Source: an uncultured Oscillochloris sp. (GTDB taxonomy: Bacteria > Chloroflexota > Chloroflexia > Chloroflexales > Chloroflexaceae). Taken from it: a stretch of DNA of 60,088 nt. The first letter of the stretch is position 1. Each line of letters starts with the position of its first letter. The translations under genes and the position numbers were made by a program. Of this stretch, positions 18,590 through 28,834 are shown one piece after another. Below the pieces are notes generated by a model. That model worked only from the letters and a program-made list of their open reading frames with translations, was not told where the DNA came from and did no database searches. The stretch lies in the NCBI GenBank assembly GCA_903887465.1, contig CAISPW010000267.1:1-60088 (forward strand). The letters run 5' to 3'.

Positions 18590-20001
18590 GTGACTTTATA
18601 TCGTATGACACGAAGCATAACATCAATCAAGAGCAACGCCCGCATCTGACGCCAGAAGATTTTCCTCGTTAGCGGGCTTACCATGTTGAGCAGACACGCA
18701 GAGAATGCCTGCGAGATAAGCGTGGACAACGCCGCGCCCAGCCCGCCCATGATCGGGATGAGTACGATATTCATTAGGACGTTGATCCCGGCCCCGATGA
18801 CCGTCCGCAGGAGCCCGTAGCGGGTCAGGCCCTCGTTAATGTCCCAGGTACTTTGGGCCACTCCGAGAAAGACGAAGAGCGTCGCCCAGATGTGGACGGC
18901 GAGGATTGCTCCGGCCTCCACGTAGCGCACGCCAAAGAGCATGCTCACCACCGGGGTTGCCAACAGGCTGCCTGGGATGGTGATCGCCAGAGCCAGCAGC
19001 ACCATTAGGTTGAAAACCCGTTGGATTTGTACATCGTAGCGCGCACGGTCGGCCTTGCGAATTTCGATCAGGGCCGGGGCGAGGGACGACATCACGGCCA
19101 TCGGGATAAAGTAGCCCATCTCTGAGATGCGTGTGGCTACCGAGTAGATGCCCACCGCCTTGTCGCCGAGCATCTGGCCGAGCATCACCTGGTCAATTCG
19201 CATGTAGATGGTTACTGAAAGTCCGGCGATAATCAGCGGCCAGCACTCGCGCAGCAAGTTCAGGGCGCGGGCGCGGCTGAAGCGCCATGCAGCGAAGGTC
19301 TGGCGTTGCACAATGTAGGAGAGCGCCAAGCCGACGGCGATCAAAGCGACCTCAGCCGTGCCCACCCAGGCGAAGGCCAGCAGCGGGGCGGCGGTGAGGA
19401 TCAGCCCGACTTTCACGGCGGTACTCATGGCGAGAACAAGATTGCGCGCCAGCACGGCTGCGCGAGCCTGGATCTGCGATTGAAACCAGATATCGATCAC
19501 ATCGAAGGGCTTGAAGATCAGGGTCAGCGCCGTGATTGCCACCAGCCAATGGGCCAAGGGTTCTGTCGGCCTAGCCCAAAAGATGCCGCCGATCACCACG
19601 CCAAGTGCAGCGAGGCTAACCACAAGCTTCATGCCAAAGATCGTCCCCAGGGTTTCGCCTGATGAGGCGGGAGCGTTCACAATGTCGCGGACGATCACGC
19701 CATCTAGCCCGAGGGCAGCCAGGGTGCTAAAGAGCGCGACAAAGGCGAGGGCGTAGCTGTACAGGCCGTACTGATCCGGCCCCAGGTAGCGCGCCAGCCA
19801 AATGCCGATCAGAATGTTGAGCCCCATCGCAAAGACGCGGTCGGCGAAGAGCCAACCGGTGTTGCCAATCAGGCGGTGCAGGCTGTACGACCCTTGGGTG
19901 GGGCTGAGGGCATTGCGGGTCAGGCGCGACCACCATTCAACAAGGAACATGGACGGTGTTGCTTTCAGCATGGAGGGATTTTCACTACGCCTCCAGATCA
20001 C
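18586..20001 (-). CDS. wzx: Wzx-like polysaccharide flippase
   Basis: Multi-TM protein with ARYLGPDQYG, YMRIDQVML and VGIYSVA. Confidence 0.9.
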   Translation of the reverse strand: MIWRRSENPSMLKATPSMFLVEWWSRLTRNALSPTQGSYSLHRLIGNTGWLFADRVFAMGLNILIGIWLARYLGPDQYGLYSYALAFVALFSTLAALGLDGVIVRDIVNAPASSGETLGTIFGMKLVVSLAALGVVIGGIFWARPTEPLAHWLVAITALTLIFKPFDVIDIWFQSQIQARAAVLARNLVLAMSTAVKVGLILTAAPLLAFAWVGTAEVALIAVGLALSYIVQRQTFAAWRFSRARALNLLRECWPLIIAGLSVTIYMRIDQVMLGQMLGDKAVGIYSVATRISEMGYFIPMAVMSSLAPALIEIRKADRARYDVQIQRVFNLMVLLALAITIPGSLLATPVVSMLFGVRYVEAGAILAVHIWATLFVFLGVAQSTWDINEGLTRYGLLRTVIGAGINVLMNIVLIPIMGGLGAALSTLISQAFSACLLNMVSPLTRKIFWRQMRALLLIDVMLRVIRYKVT

Positions 20002-21122
20002 CCGGCGGCGGCCTCCAGCAGTGCAAGTAACTGCCGCGCCGAGTGTGCGTAGCTGAACTGTTGGGCCTGGGCCAACCCGGCCCGCGCTAACCGCTCACGC
20101 AACCCCTGGTCGCCCGCGACCGCCCGCAGGTGGCGGGCCAGGGTGCCCGCGTCGTCAGGGCTGAAGGTGAGGGCCGCGTCACCGACCACCTCTGCGAGCG
20201 AGGTCGCATTCGAACTGATCACCGGGCAGCCGCAGGCCATCGCCTCTAGCGGCGGGATGCCAAAGCCCTCGTAGCGCGAGGGGAAGACGAACGCCTCGGC
20301 CTGATTGTAGAGAGCCACTAGATCCTCCTTGGGCACTAGGCCGAGTCGGCGCACGCGGCCCTCGATACCGTAGCTTGCAACTAGGTCGGCGTAGGGGGTT
20401 TCGGTAAAGCCATTCCCTGCCGTGAGCACCAAGTCGTGCGGCAGATCGTTGCACGCTTGCCCAAAAGCTTCAACCAACAGGCGTACGTTTTTTCGCGCCG
20501 AGAGGATGCCGGCGTAGAAGAAGAAGGGTCGCGCTAAGCCGTATGTTGCACGCACCGCAAGTGAATCAGCGGTGGCGATCTGGCGATAGGCTGGCCCTGG
20601 CGCGGGGTAGATCACGCTGATCCTCTCGCGGGGCAGCCCGGTCAGCCGGGTGATGTCGTGGGCTGTCCATTGGGAGATCGCGGCGATACTACGGGCCTTA
20701 CGCAGCGAGGGCGGGATGAAGGCGCGCATGTAGAGCGTGTCGGGCCAGGCGTACTCGCGCTGTGGGAACTCCGGCATCCGAAAGTAGAGCATGTCGTAGA
20801 TCGTGAGTACTGCCGGCACCTGGCAGCCCACAGAGATTACATTGTGTGGGAACCATAGCACATCAGGGCGGTCGCTGTGCAGCCGTAGCGGCAGTACGGT
20901 GTGATCCCAGAAAAACTTGTGCGGTGCCCGCAGCACAACTTCCGTTGCGCGTGGGTGGCTCCCGACCAAAGCAGGGTCAGCATAGTAGAGGGTAAAGCGG
21001 TGCGGAGTGTCGAGGGCCAACAGTTCGCGTAACAGCGCGCCGACATACTCGCGCACTCCGCCGAAGGGCAAGCTGAGTGCCCGTGCCGAAATGGCGATAT
21101 GTAGGGGGGGCGTCGCGATCAT
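19998..21122 (-). CDS. Glycosyltransferase family 4
   Basis: [19 protein letters not shown] motif. Confidence 0.92.
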   Translation of the reverse strand: MIATPPLHIAISARALSLPFGGVREYVGALLRELLALDTPHRFTLYYADPALVGSHPRATEVVLRAPHKFFWDHTVLPLRLHSDRPDVLWFPHNVISVGCQVPAVLTIYDMLYFRMPEFPQREYAWPDTLYMRAFIPPSLRKARSIAAISQWTAHDITRLTGLPRERISVIYPAPGPAYRQIATADSLAVRATYGLARPFFFYAGILSARKNVRLLVEAFGQACNDLPHDLVLTAGNGFTETPYADLVASYGIEGRVRRLGLVPKEDLVALYNQAEAFVFPSRYEGFGIPPLEAMACGCPVISSNATSLAEVVGDAALTFSPDDAGTLARHLRAVAGDQGLRERLARAGLAQAQQFSYAHSARQLLALLEAAAG

Positions 21123-21125
21123 GAC

Positions 21126-21902
21126 TTATGCCTGTGCTCGCTCAAATACAAACTCGTTGCAGCCGGTGGGTACTTGGGCCGGCACCAGCCTGCGCAGCGT
21201 GAAGCCAAGCCTCGCCACAAAGCGCTCAATCTCGGTGGGAGTGGCGTATTCATAGGGGTAGCCGCCCACCCAGTCAATCACATCGTACCAGAAGTCCATG
21301 CCGCGCTCCTTTTCCAGCGGGTTGCGGCGCGTCACGGCCAGTTTCGCCAGGTAGATGATGCCAGCAAAAATAATCGCCATCAGGCGCTGTATAGGCCACG
21401 GCACGCGGTTGTAGAACCACTTGATGCTGCGCCAGACCGGCGAGGTGATGTGCCGGTTGTAAATGGCTAAGACGAGGGTTCCGCCCGGTGTCACCAGCCG
21501 GGCGGTGTTGGTGATCGCCGTATACATCGCGCCGGTGTGGTGGAGCGATCCCCAGGCATACACGAGATCAAACATTCCGAGACTCTCCATTGCTGTGCGA
21601 TCAAGGGCCGAGGCGAGGCGGAATGTTACCGGTGCGTCAGGTGTTAGGCGAGCCAGATTTTGCTTCGAGGCGTCAATCGAGCGCGGGTTGATGTCTACCC
21701 CTAGCACGTGGCCAGCGCCCATGCGATGAGCGGCGATGGCGAAGATTCCGCTGCCGCAGCCGACATCGAGTACCGACGCACCACCAAGATCCTCGCGTCC
21801 GAGCAGATCCTGGAGCGAGCGCGTGGCTACCGCTATCCGCCGCTCGTCTACAAGGTCAGCCGAAAACGCCTGCCAGTTCTTTCCAAAGTCAAAGCTACGC
21901 AT
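21126..21902 (-). CDS. Class I SAM-dependent methyltransferase
   Basis: Motifs [25 protein letters not shown] and DWVGGYPYE. Confidence 0.87.
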   Translation of the reverse strand: MRSFDFGKNWQAFSADLVDERRIAVATRSLQDLLGREDLGGASVLDVGCGSGIFAIAAHRMGAGHVLGVDINPRSIDASKQNLARLTPDAPVTFRLASALDRTAMESLGMFDLVYAWGSLHHTGAMYTAITNTARLVTPGGTLVLAIYNRHITSPVWRSIKWFYNRVPWPIQRLMAIIFAGIIYLAKLAVTRRNPLEKERGMDFWYDVIDWVGGYPYEYATPTEIERFVARLGFTLRRLVPAQVPTGCNEFVFERAQA

Positions 21903-21908
21903 CTATTG

Positions 21909-23807
21909 TCACCCTCCCATCCGCTGCTCCATCCACACCCCCAGCATCAGCAGCGCCCACAGTTTTTTGCCGTGGTTGAGTTTACCAGACATATGCTCGC
22001 CCACCAGGGTGGCCACGGCCTGCGGGCGTAGCCACGCGCTGAGGGCGGGGTTATCGAGCAGACGATCTTCGGCCCAGGGCCGCAGTTCGTTGCGTAGCCA
22101 GTAGCTCACCGGCACGCCGAATCCCTGTTTACCGCGAGCGGCTACCTGCGGCGGTAGCTTCTCGCCAAAGGCCGCTTTGAGTAGCCATTTGGTGCGCTGT
22201 CCCCGCACCTTGAAGCGTGCTGGCAACCGTGCCGTCCATTCGACCCACGCGGCGTCGAGGAAAGGTGCCCGCGCCTCCAGCGAGTGAGCCATGCTCATGC
22301 GATCCGTCTTAGGCAGCAGATCGCCAGACAAGTAGGTGATGTGATCGGCGGCCAGAGTACGGTCGAGTAGACTCTTGGCCTGCGCCCCGTCGTAGGCCGC
22401 CGCGATCCAATCGGCGCTATCCACATCTGTTAACTCATCGCGCCAACGATCCGTGTAGAGAGCCAGTTTTTCATCCTGGCTGAAGTACGAGCCCCAGCGC
22501 ACTAGCGACGCCTTGTGGGTAATCGCCGAGAACTGGCCGAGTCGTTTGATGCCGGTGATCGGGTTGCGATCCTCGGGCAGCCACCACGGTTCGGGAATGA
22601 GTGCGGCGGCGGCGGGTACAACGCCTTGGGTGATCCAGTTGGGCAGGGCAGCATAGGGCCGCAACCAGCCATCCAGCACGTAGCGCCGGTAGCCTGCCAG
22701 GGTTTCGTCGCCGCCATCGCCACTGAGGGCCACCGTCACGTGGCGACGGGTCTGGCGGGCCAGTTCGTAGAGCGGCAGGGCGGCAGGGTCGGCGAAGGGT
22801 TCATCAACCGCAGCAGATACGCCCTCAATCACGCGCACCAGGTCGGCGGGACGAAAGATAAATTCGTGGTGTTCGGTACCGTAACGCTCGGCAACCTGAC
22901 GGGCGTAGCGGGTTTCCGAGAAATGGCGTTCGTCGAAGCCGATGGAGAAGGTACGTACGGGTTCGCGGGTACGCTCAGCCATCAGGGCCACGATGATTGA
23001 TGAGTCCATGCCGCCGCTAAGGAAAGCGCCCAGGGGCACCTCGCTGATCATCTGGCGCTCAACGGCGGCGCTCAACAGGGCGCGGGCCTGCTCAATCGCC
23101 TCGCCGTCGCTGATCCGCAGCTTGGGTTCACATGCCAGTTGCCACCAGCGATCAACCCTGGGTACCGCCCCATCCTCCAGCACCAGCTTGTGCGCCGCCG
23201 GTAACTGGCTCATCCCCGCGTAGATTGTCAGCGGGTCAGGGGTGTACTGGAGAGTCAGATAGTGGTGCAGGGCCAGCGGGTTGATCCGCCGCTCAATCCA
23301 GGGTGCGGCCAGGACGGCCTTGGCTTCGGACGCCCAGACGAGGCCGTGGGCGGCATTGTGGTGCCAATAAAGTGGCTTTTCACCCATACGGTCGCGGGCG
23401 ATCAGCAGGCGGCGGTGCGGCGCATCCCAAAGGGCGAAGGCGAACATGCCATTCAGCCGAGGCAACATGGCATCGCCCCACTGCTCGTAGGCGTGGACAA
23501 TCACCTCCGTATCGCTATCGGTGGCGAAACGGTGGCCATAGCGCAGCAGCTCGGCGCGCAGTTCGCGGAAGTTGTAGATCTCGCCATTGAAGGTAATCGC
23601 CACGCTGCCGTCTTCGTTAAAGATCGGCTGATTACCACCGCTCAGGTCAATAATCGCCAGACGACGCATGGCCATACCCACATGTCCAGATAGGAAGAAG
23701 CCATCGCTATCCGGCCCCCGGTGGGTGATGCGGTCATTCATACACCGCAGCAGATCCGCGTCAACCGGACGCCCATCAGGGTGAAGGATGCCACAGATTC
23801 CGCACAT
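21909..23807 (-). CDS. asnB: Asparagine synthase (glutamine-hydrolysing)-family amidotransferase
   Basis: Motifs MCGICG, HRGPD, RRLAIID, FNGEIYN, FLSGGMDSS and LSGDGGDE. Confidence 0.93.
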   Translation of the reverse strand: MCGICGILHPDGRPVDADLLRCMNDRITHRGPDSDGFFLSGHVGMAMRRLAIIDLSGGNQPIFNEDGSVAITFNGEIYNFRELRAELLRYGHRFATDSDTEVIVHAYEQWGDAMLPRLNGMFAFALWDAPHRRLLIARDRMGEKPLYWHHNAAHGLVWASEAKAVLAAPWIERRINPLALHHYLTLQYTPDPLTIYAGMSQLPAAHKLVLEDGAVPRVDRWWQLACEPKLRISDGEAIEQARALLSAAVERQMISEVPLGAFLSGGMDSSIIVALMAERTREPVRTFSIGFDERHFSETRYARQVAERYGTEHHEFIFRPADLVRVIEGVSAAVDEPFADPAALPLYELARQTRRHVTVALSGDGGDETLAGYRRYVLDGWLRPYAALPNWITQGVVPAAAALIPEPWWLPEDRNPITGIKRLGQFSAITHKASLVRWGSYFSQDEKLALYTDRWRDELTDVDSADWIAAAYDGAQAKSLLDRTLAADHITYLSGDLLPKTDRMSMAHSLEARAPFLDAAWVEWTARLPARFKVRGQRTKWLLKAAFGEKLPPQVAARGKQGFGVPVSYWLRNELRPWAEDRLLDNPALSAWLRPQAVATLVGEHMSGKLNHGKKLWALLMLGVWMEQRMGG

Positions 23808-23822
23808 TGAATGCTCCACATC

Positions 23823-23924
23823 AGACAACCATGCGGCTCCGCCGCACAACACCCGATGAAAATGGCCACGGACGCCCGGCTATCGGCTATCGGCTATCGG
23901 CTATCGGCTATCGGCTATTTTCAC
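23823..23924 (-). repeat. Second copy of the ATAGCCG element (6 units)
   Basis: (CGGCTAT)6 at 23877-23918 with the same ~55-bp flank as 10034-10087. Confidence 0.9.
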
Positions 23925-24185
23925 GTTAGGATGAGTATCACGGGCCGAGGAACCGTGCCGCGCCAGTATGCACGATCCATTGTAGCAGAGGCGTGACACC
24001 AGCATTGGCACATCCTCGCACCGCGCCCACAAAAACGCTATAATGTGCGTATAAGAGGTATGGCAATTCGGTAAACTTGACCGCGCAGAAAAACACATCA
24101 GCCAAGATCTGCTGCTCTACCGCGTACCTACGGATCTCCACGATCTGCTGCGCATTTTGCTCGGAATATTAGGCGAGGATGGAAG

Positions 24186-25328
24186 CTAAGTTGTATGAAG
24201 CTCTGCGAACAGCGCCAGATACTGTGCAACCGCCGCTTCCCAGGAGAAGTTCTGGGCGCGGGCGCGGGCGACTCGTCCCATCTGGCGGGCCAGATCGCGG
24301 TGCTGGGCCAGGGTGCGCAGCCGCTCGGCCAGCGCAGACACATCGCCCCAGGGCACAATATTCCCGCTAACACCCTCGGCCACTAGTTCCTCGGCCCCGC
24401 CGGTGCGTGTGATGACGGCGGGCAACCCAGCAGCCATCGCCTCTAGGGTGGCCACGCTCATGCCTTCGTTGTACGAGGGCAGCACAAAGACGTGCGCGGC
24501 GGCGTAGCGTGCGGCGATCTGCTCGCGTGGCACGTAGCCAGCAAAAGTAATGCGCTCCGTCAAACCGAGACGACGGGCCAACGCCTCGTTTGCGGCGCGA
24601 GCATCGCCCTCGCCCACCAGTTCAAGGGTGACATCACAGCCCTGATCAATCAACTGGCGCAGGGCGGCGATCAGGTGCTGCTGGCCCTTGCGCTCGATCA
24701 GGCGAGCCACGCAGATCAGGCGCAGCGGGCCGCCAGCGGCGATGGACGCGAACGGGAAGGCGTCTAGGTCAACCCCGTTTGGCACGAGAACGATCCGCAT
24801 ACCGGGCTGCACCGCCAGCATCATCTCCGCCTCGGTCCGACACTTGGCCACCAGGCGGCTCGCGCCGCGCCAGATCGCCTTGATCGTGGGCGTGAGTAGC
24901 GGATAGAGCGGGCCATAGCGCCGCTCGAAACCGGGGATGTCGGGGCCGCAGACGCGCAAAATATAGGGTAAGCCGGTCAGACGCTGGAGCGCCAACGCGA
25001 CCCCGCCAGCGGGTACGGCGCTCCAGGCGAAAACCAGATCGTAGGGGCGGGTGCGGTGCAGGCGCAGGGCCATCGGCAACGCCAGGGCGGCGTAGGTCAG
25101 CAATTCACGGCTACTGGAGTGATGGATGTTACGGTTCACCACCGGCAGCTTGATCAGGCGCACCCGCTCGGCCCACTGCTCACGCTCGGCCCGCCACCCC
25201 AGCGCCGACGTGACCAGATCCACCTCCAGATCCGACACATTGGACAACCGGGAGAGAATAGCACGGTTCACCGTGCCGGTGCCGCCACCCAGGGGCGGGA
25301 ACTCGTTGTTGAGCATCAGGATGTGCAT
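24186..25328 (-). CDS. Glycosyltransferase family 4
   Basis: Motifs EFPPLGGG, ARLIERKG and PSYNEGMSVATLEAMAAG. Confidence 0.92.
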   Translation of the reverse strand: MHILMLNNEFPPLGGGTGTVNRAILSRLSNVSDLEVDLVTSALGWRAEREQWAERVRLIKLPVVNRNIHHSSSRELLTYAALALPMALRLHRTRPYDLVFAWSAVPAGGVALALQRLTGLPYILRVCGPDIPGFERRYGPLYPLLTPTIKAIWRGASRLVAKCRTEAEMMLAVQPGMRIVLVPNGVDLDAFPFASIAAGGPLRLICVARLIERKGQQHLIAALRQLIDQGCDVTLELVGEGDARAANEALARRLGLTERITFAGYVPREQIAARYAAAHVFVLPSYNEGMSVATLEAMAAGLPAVITRTGGAEELVAEGVSGNIVPWGDVSALAERLRTLAQHRDLARQMGRVARARAQNFSWEAAVAQYLALFAELHTT

Positions 25329-26557
25329 CAGGCCGGGCCTTCCGTAACAACGCCGCGCTTGCGCCATCTGCTAAGCATGCGGGTCGCCGCGCTCAGCGCC
25401 ATCGCTGTTGAGACGGCCAGGATCGGGCGCAGCGGGAACGCATAGCGCGCCTGGCCGACTGAGATCAGCGCCAGTAATGTCATCGTCAGTGCAAGGGCGA
25501 GCCAGAGCAGCATGTCGGGGTACCGCCACGACACCGCAAGGATGATCAGGGTGGGCAGGCCGACCACGACGGCGCGCAGGTAGCTGCCAGCGTCCTCGTT
25601 CGACCAGAAGTAGTAGATCTGCATCAGGGCGACCTTCACTGATTCGGCGGGGTGGGCGCTGATCCACTGGAAAGCCAGATCACGATGGTATCCGTCCAGA
25701 GTTGCCTCGTCCCAGACCTTGCCGGGCTCCTGAGGTGGATTGACGCCCAACCAGATCCAGACGCCGTACCGCTCACCCGGCAGCACAGCCGCGTCATTAT
25801 AGAGGCCGTAATAGGCGTAGCCGCCCTGCGTGGTGAAGGGGATCAACTGGTGAAACACGAGATAGTTTCGCACGACCCAGGGTACCCATATGGCCCCGAC
25901 GATCAGGCCGATGGTGGCAGCGTTGCGTAGCGCCAGGCGCAGACGATCCCGCCTAAGCCAGAGCAGCCAGAGCAGCAGCACGGCCACAAAGGGCAGGAAG
26001 TTGGCTCGCGTGAGGCAGGCGCAGCCCAGCGTTAACCCAACGACCACGGCCCAGCCCCAAGCCAGCGTGACCCGCAGGCGCCAGGTGGCGAGCATGCTTG
26101 CGAGTATCAGCAGGCAGAACATCGTCTCGGTCATGTAGAGCCGACTGTAGAAGATGAGGTCTTTATCGAAGGTGAGCAGCAACCCGGCGATCATGCCCAC
26201 CGAGCGATCCGCCAGATAGCGACCGAGGATGTAGCTGCCCAGCGGGATCAGCGACCCGAACACAAGCATCACCAGGAGCGGCGCATAGGGCTGCGGGCCA
26301 AGCAACAGGTGCCAAAAGGCAAGGAACAGCGGGAAAAAGGGCATCCGGTAGGCGGTCGGGCTCCCGTTGATGCCGAATGTCCCACTGGTGATCAGCGAGA
26401 TCGCGATGTTGTAGTAGTCATCGTCATCCCCGATGATGAACCTGGTGTCGCCGGCGAAGACAGGCGCGGCTATAACGACGCGCACGGCTAGGGCCGCAAC
26501 GAAGACCGCCAGGGCTAGGAAGAAGTCGATTCGATACTGCTTCATCTCCTTAGTCAC
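25328..26557 (-). CDS. ArnT/PMT-like GT-C membrane glycosyltransferase
   Basis: Multi-TM protein with GDDDDY after TM1, YRMPFFP, MTET and PWVVRNY. Confidence 0.8.
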   Translation of the reverse strand: MTKEMKQYRIDFFLALAVFVAALAVRVVIAAPVFAGDTRFIIGDDDDYYNIAISLITSGTFGINGSPTAYRMPFFPLFLAFWHLLLGPQPYAPLLVMLVFGSLIPLGSYILGRYLADRSVGMIAGLLLTFDKDLIFYSRLYMTETMFCLLILASMLATWRLRVTLAWGWAVVVGLTLGCACLTRANFLPFVAVLLLWLLWLRRDRLRLALRNAATIGLIVGAIWVPWVVRNYLVFHQLIPFTTQGGYAYYGLYNDAAVLPGERYGVWIWLGVNPPQEPGKVWDEATLDGYHRDLAFQWISAHPAESVKVALMQIYYFWSNEDAGSYLRAVVVGLPTLIILAVSWRYPDMLLWLALALTMTLLALISVGQARYAFPLRPILAVSTAMALSAATRMLSRWRKRGVVTEGPA

Positions 26558-27320
26558 CTCGAATCAGCACAATGCGAGCGAACATCGCCAGGTCATTCGC
26601 CCACGGATCGAGCAAGCCCTCGACTCCGCGCCAGAGGCCGAAGCTCCAGCCGGGCATCAGGCTGCGCAGTGATACGCCACCGGAGAGCAAGTAGCGCAGC
26701 GGCATAATCGGCGTGATCGTATCCAACCGCCACTCCGGGAACTCCACGCGCAGGCGGTCGCGGTCGCGCTGGAAGATGATCCAGGGCAGGGCACCATTGG
26801 CCCCTGAGAGCGGGCCGCTCGGTGGGAACTCCCATGCTGCGGCATCGGGGTCAAACGGCTCGTGGTGCAGGCGGGTGTAGATGAGCCGCGACCACGGCGT
26901 GACCCAGGGTTCCACCAGCACGAGGGCGCCGCCGGGGCGCACGCAACGCGCCGCCTCGGCCAGGAAGCGTCTTGGCTGGGCTAGGTGATGGAAGACATTG
27001 GTCATCACGATCGCCCGCAGGCTGCGTGCGCGCACCGGCAAGGCGTGGCCATCGAGCACAGCGTCTATGTGTGGGCAGAGCATAATGTCCGAGGCGAACA
27101 TGTCGGGCAGCATCTCAGCCAGAAAGCCGGCACCCGAGCCTAGCTCCAGCACGGTGCCGGGCGGAGGCGGCAGTGCGGCGGCGATGTCGGCGTACCACTC
27201 CTGGTAGATTCGGCGCAGGAACGGCTTCTCGGCGATGATCCGCCGGCGCAGGTTGGTCGTCTGCGGGTCGTCAATGTCGAGTCCACGGGTAAGCGGGTGC
27301 TGGAGACAAGTCTTAAGCAT
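26550..27320 (-). CDS. Class I SAM-dependent methyltransferase
   Basis: Motifs LELGSGAG, NVFHH and RCVRPGG. Confidence 0.87.
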   Translation of the reverse strand: MLKTCLQHPLTRGLDIDDPQTTNLRRRIIAEKPFLRRIYQEWYADIAAALPPPPGTVLELGSGAGFLAEMLPDMFASDIMLCPHIDAVLDGHALPVRARSLRAIVMTNVFHHLAQPRRFLAEAARCVRPGGALVLVEPWVTPWSRLIYTRLHHEPFDPDAAAWEFPPSGPLSGANGALPWIIFQRDRDRLRVEFPEWRLDTITPIMPLRYLLSGGVSLRSLMPGWSFGLWRGVEGLLDPWANDLAMFARIVLIRGD

Positions 27321-27326
27321 TGTAGT

Positions 27327-28817
27327 TTATATGAACTTGATCCGCCCGGCGGCGAAGGCGGTCATACGCAGCAGCAGCAGGCCGTGCCTCCAGCGGCTGA
27401 TGTTGGTGGTGCCGTAGGTGCGCTCATGGTAGCGGATGGGCAGGTCGAGGATCTTCAGCCCGAGGCGCGCGGCCCCGAAGATCAGGTCGAAGTCGCCGAA
27501 GGGATCGAAGTCGCCGAAGTAAGCCCGGTTCTGCGCGATCCGCACGTAGTCCGTGCGCCAAAGTACCTTAGTGCCGCAGAGGGTGTCTTTGATCGGTTGG
27601 CCTAGGAGGTAGCTGAAGGCTAGGCTGAAGAACTTATTCCCGAGCAGGTTCAGGTAGCGCATGGCCTCCTGCTCCATGGGGTAGACCAGGCGCACCCCGT
27701 TGACAAACTCGGCCTTGCCCGAACGCAGGGCGTCGTAGTAGCGCGGCAGATCCTCGGGTGGCATGGTCAGGTCAGCGTCAAGGATCATCAAGATATCACC
27801 GGTGGCGGCGGCAAACCCTGTGCGCACGGCATCGCCCTTGCCCTTGCCTGTCTGGCGGAGGAGTGTACACTTGCGCTGCGGGTTGGCCGTGATGGCCTGC
27901 TCAACCGCCGCATAGGTATCATCGGTGGAATGACCTTCGACGAAGATTAGCTCGGTGTCCGCGCCGAATTTGGGGGTGCGTGCGAAGATCGCCGGTACAT
28001 TGCCGGCCTCGTTGCGGGCCGGGACAATGATCGAGACCGTGGGATTGTCCGCACGGGCTACGCCGGTCGGGCGGGCGACAAGAAAGTTTGAGAGTGCCAT
28101 CTGGCTGAAGGGCCAGGTCTTGGCCAAGATCTTGTTGGCGAGGCTGGCGACGCCAGGCGTCTCAAGGGGCCAGAGTACCTCCTGCCATCTGCGCACCAAT
28201 TCAAAGTCAGCTAGGCTCAGCAGGCCGACGACATCCTCGACGGTGAGCCAGTTCTGCCCCAGGTTCGGCCTAGCCAGGCCGAGGCCGCGCACCATGCGCA
28301 GGGGCGGCTCCCAAACCCGACTGTAGCTATTGATGATTACGCGGGTCTGCGGTGTGCAGAGCGTAGCGATCTGTTGGAGGGCCGCCTGCACATCCCAGAG
28401 GTCGTTGACCAGGTCGGAGAGGATGATCACATCAAAAGAACCCGTCAGGCAGAGCTGGTGGACATCGGCCTGAAGGAACTGGAGTCCGGGGTGTCGCTCG
28501 GTCGCACGCCGCACCATCGGCGTCGAAAGATCGACACCTACGCCCAACGAAGGCTCCAGGGAGGCCAGCAGGTCGCCCTCGCCACAGCCGATCTCTAGGA
28601 CACGCTGGCCCGGTGCCACCAGAAAGCGATAGACTTCGGCAATGCGACGGTGATAGGCATCGCCCCAGGCGGGATGATCGTCAGCAGTGGCGGCGATCAG
28701 ATCGTAGTGCGCTCGGCGCTCGCGGGTGTAGGCGGCGAAGCGTGAGTTGAGGTCGGGACTCAACGGGTCGGCACCCTGGCCAGGGCGAAGCGCAGCGGCG
28801 TGCGGTATTGTGGGCAT
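27327..28817 (-). CDS. Bifunctional methyltransferase / GT2 glycosyltransferase
   Basis: N-terminal VLEIGCGEG. C-terminal IIVPARNE, GKGDAV, ILDADL and DTLCGTK. Confidence 0.87.
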   Translation of the reverse strand: MPTIPHAAALRPGQGADPLSPDLNSRFAAYTRERRAHYDLIAATADDHPAWGDAYHRRIAEVYRFLVAPGQRVLEIGCGEGDLLASLEPSLGVGVDLSTPMVRRATERHPGLQFLQADVHQLCLTGSFDVIILSDLVNDLWDVQAALQQIATLCTPQTRVIINSYSRVWEPPLRMVRGLGLARPNLGQNWLTVEDVVGLLSLADFELVRRWQEVLWPLETPGVASLANKILAKTWPFSQMALSNFLVARPTGVARADNPTVSIIVPARNEAGNVPAIFARTPKFGADTELIFVEGHSTDDTYAAVEQAITANPQRKCTLLRQTGKGKGDAVRTGFAAATGDILMILDADLTMPPEDLPRYYDALRSGKAEFVNGVRLVYPMEQEAMRYLNLLGNKFFSLAFSYLLGQPIKDTLCGTKVLWRTDYVRIAQNRAYFGDFDPFGDFDLIFGAARLGLKILDLPIRYHERTYGTTNISRWRHGLLLLRMTAFAAGRIKFI

Positions 28818-28834
28818 ATGGCATCTCCTCGTAG

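Noticed and set aside
23938-24141. 67-aa ORF between the GT4 gene and asnB
   Set aside because: No recognisable motif or codon bias.
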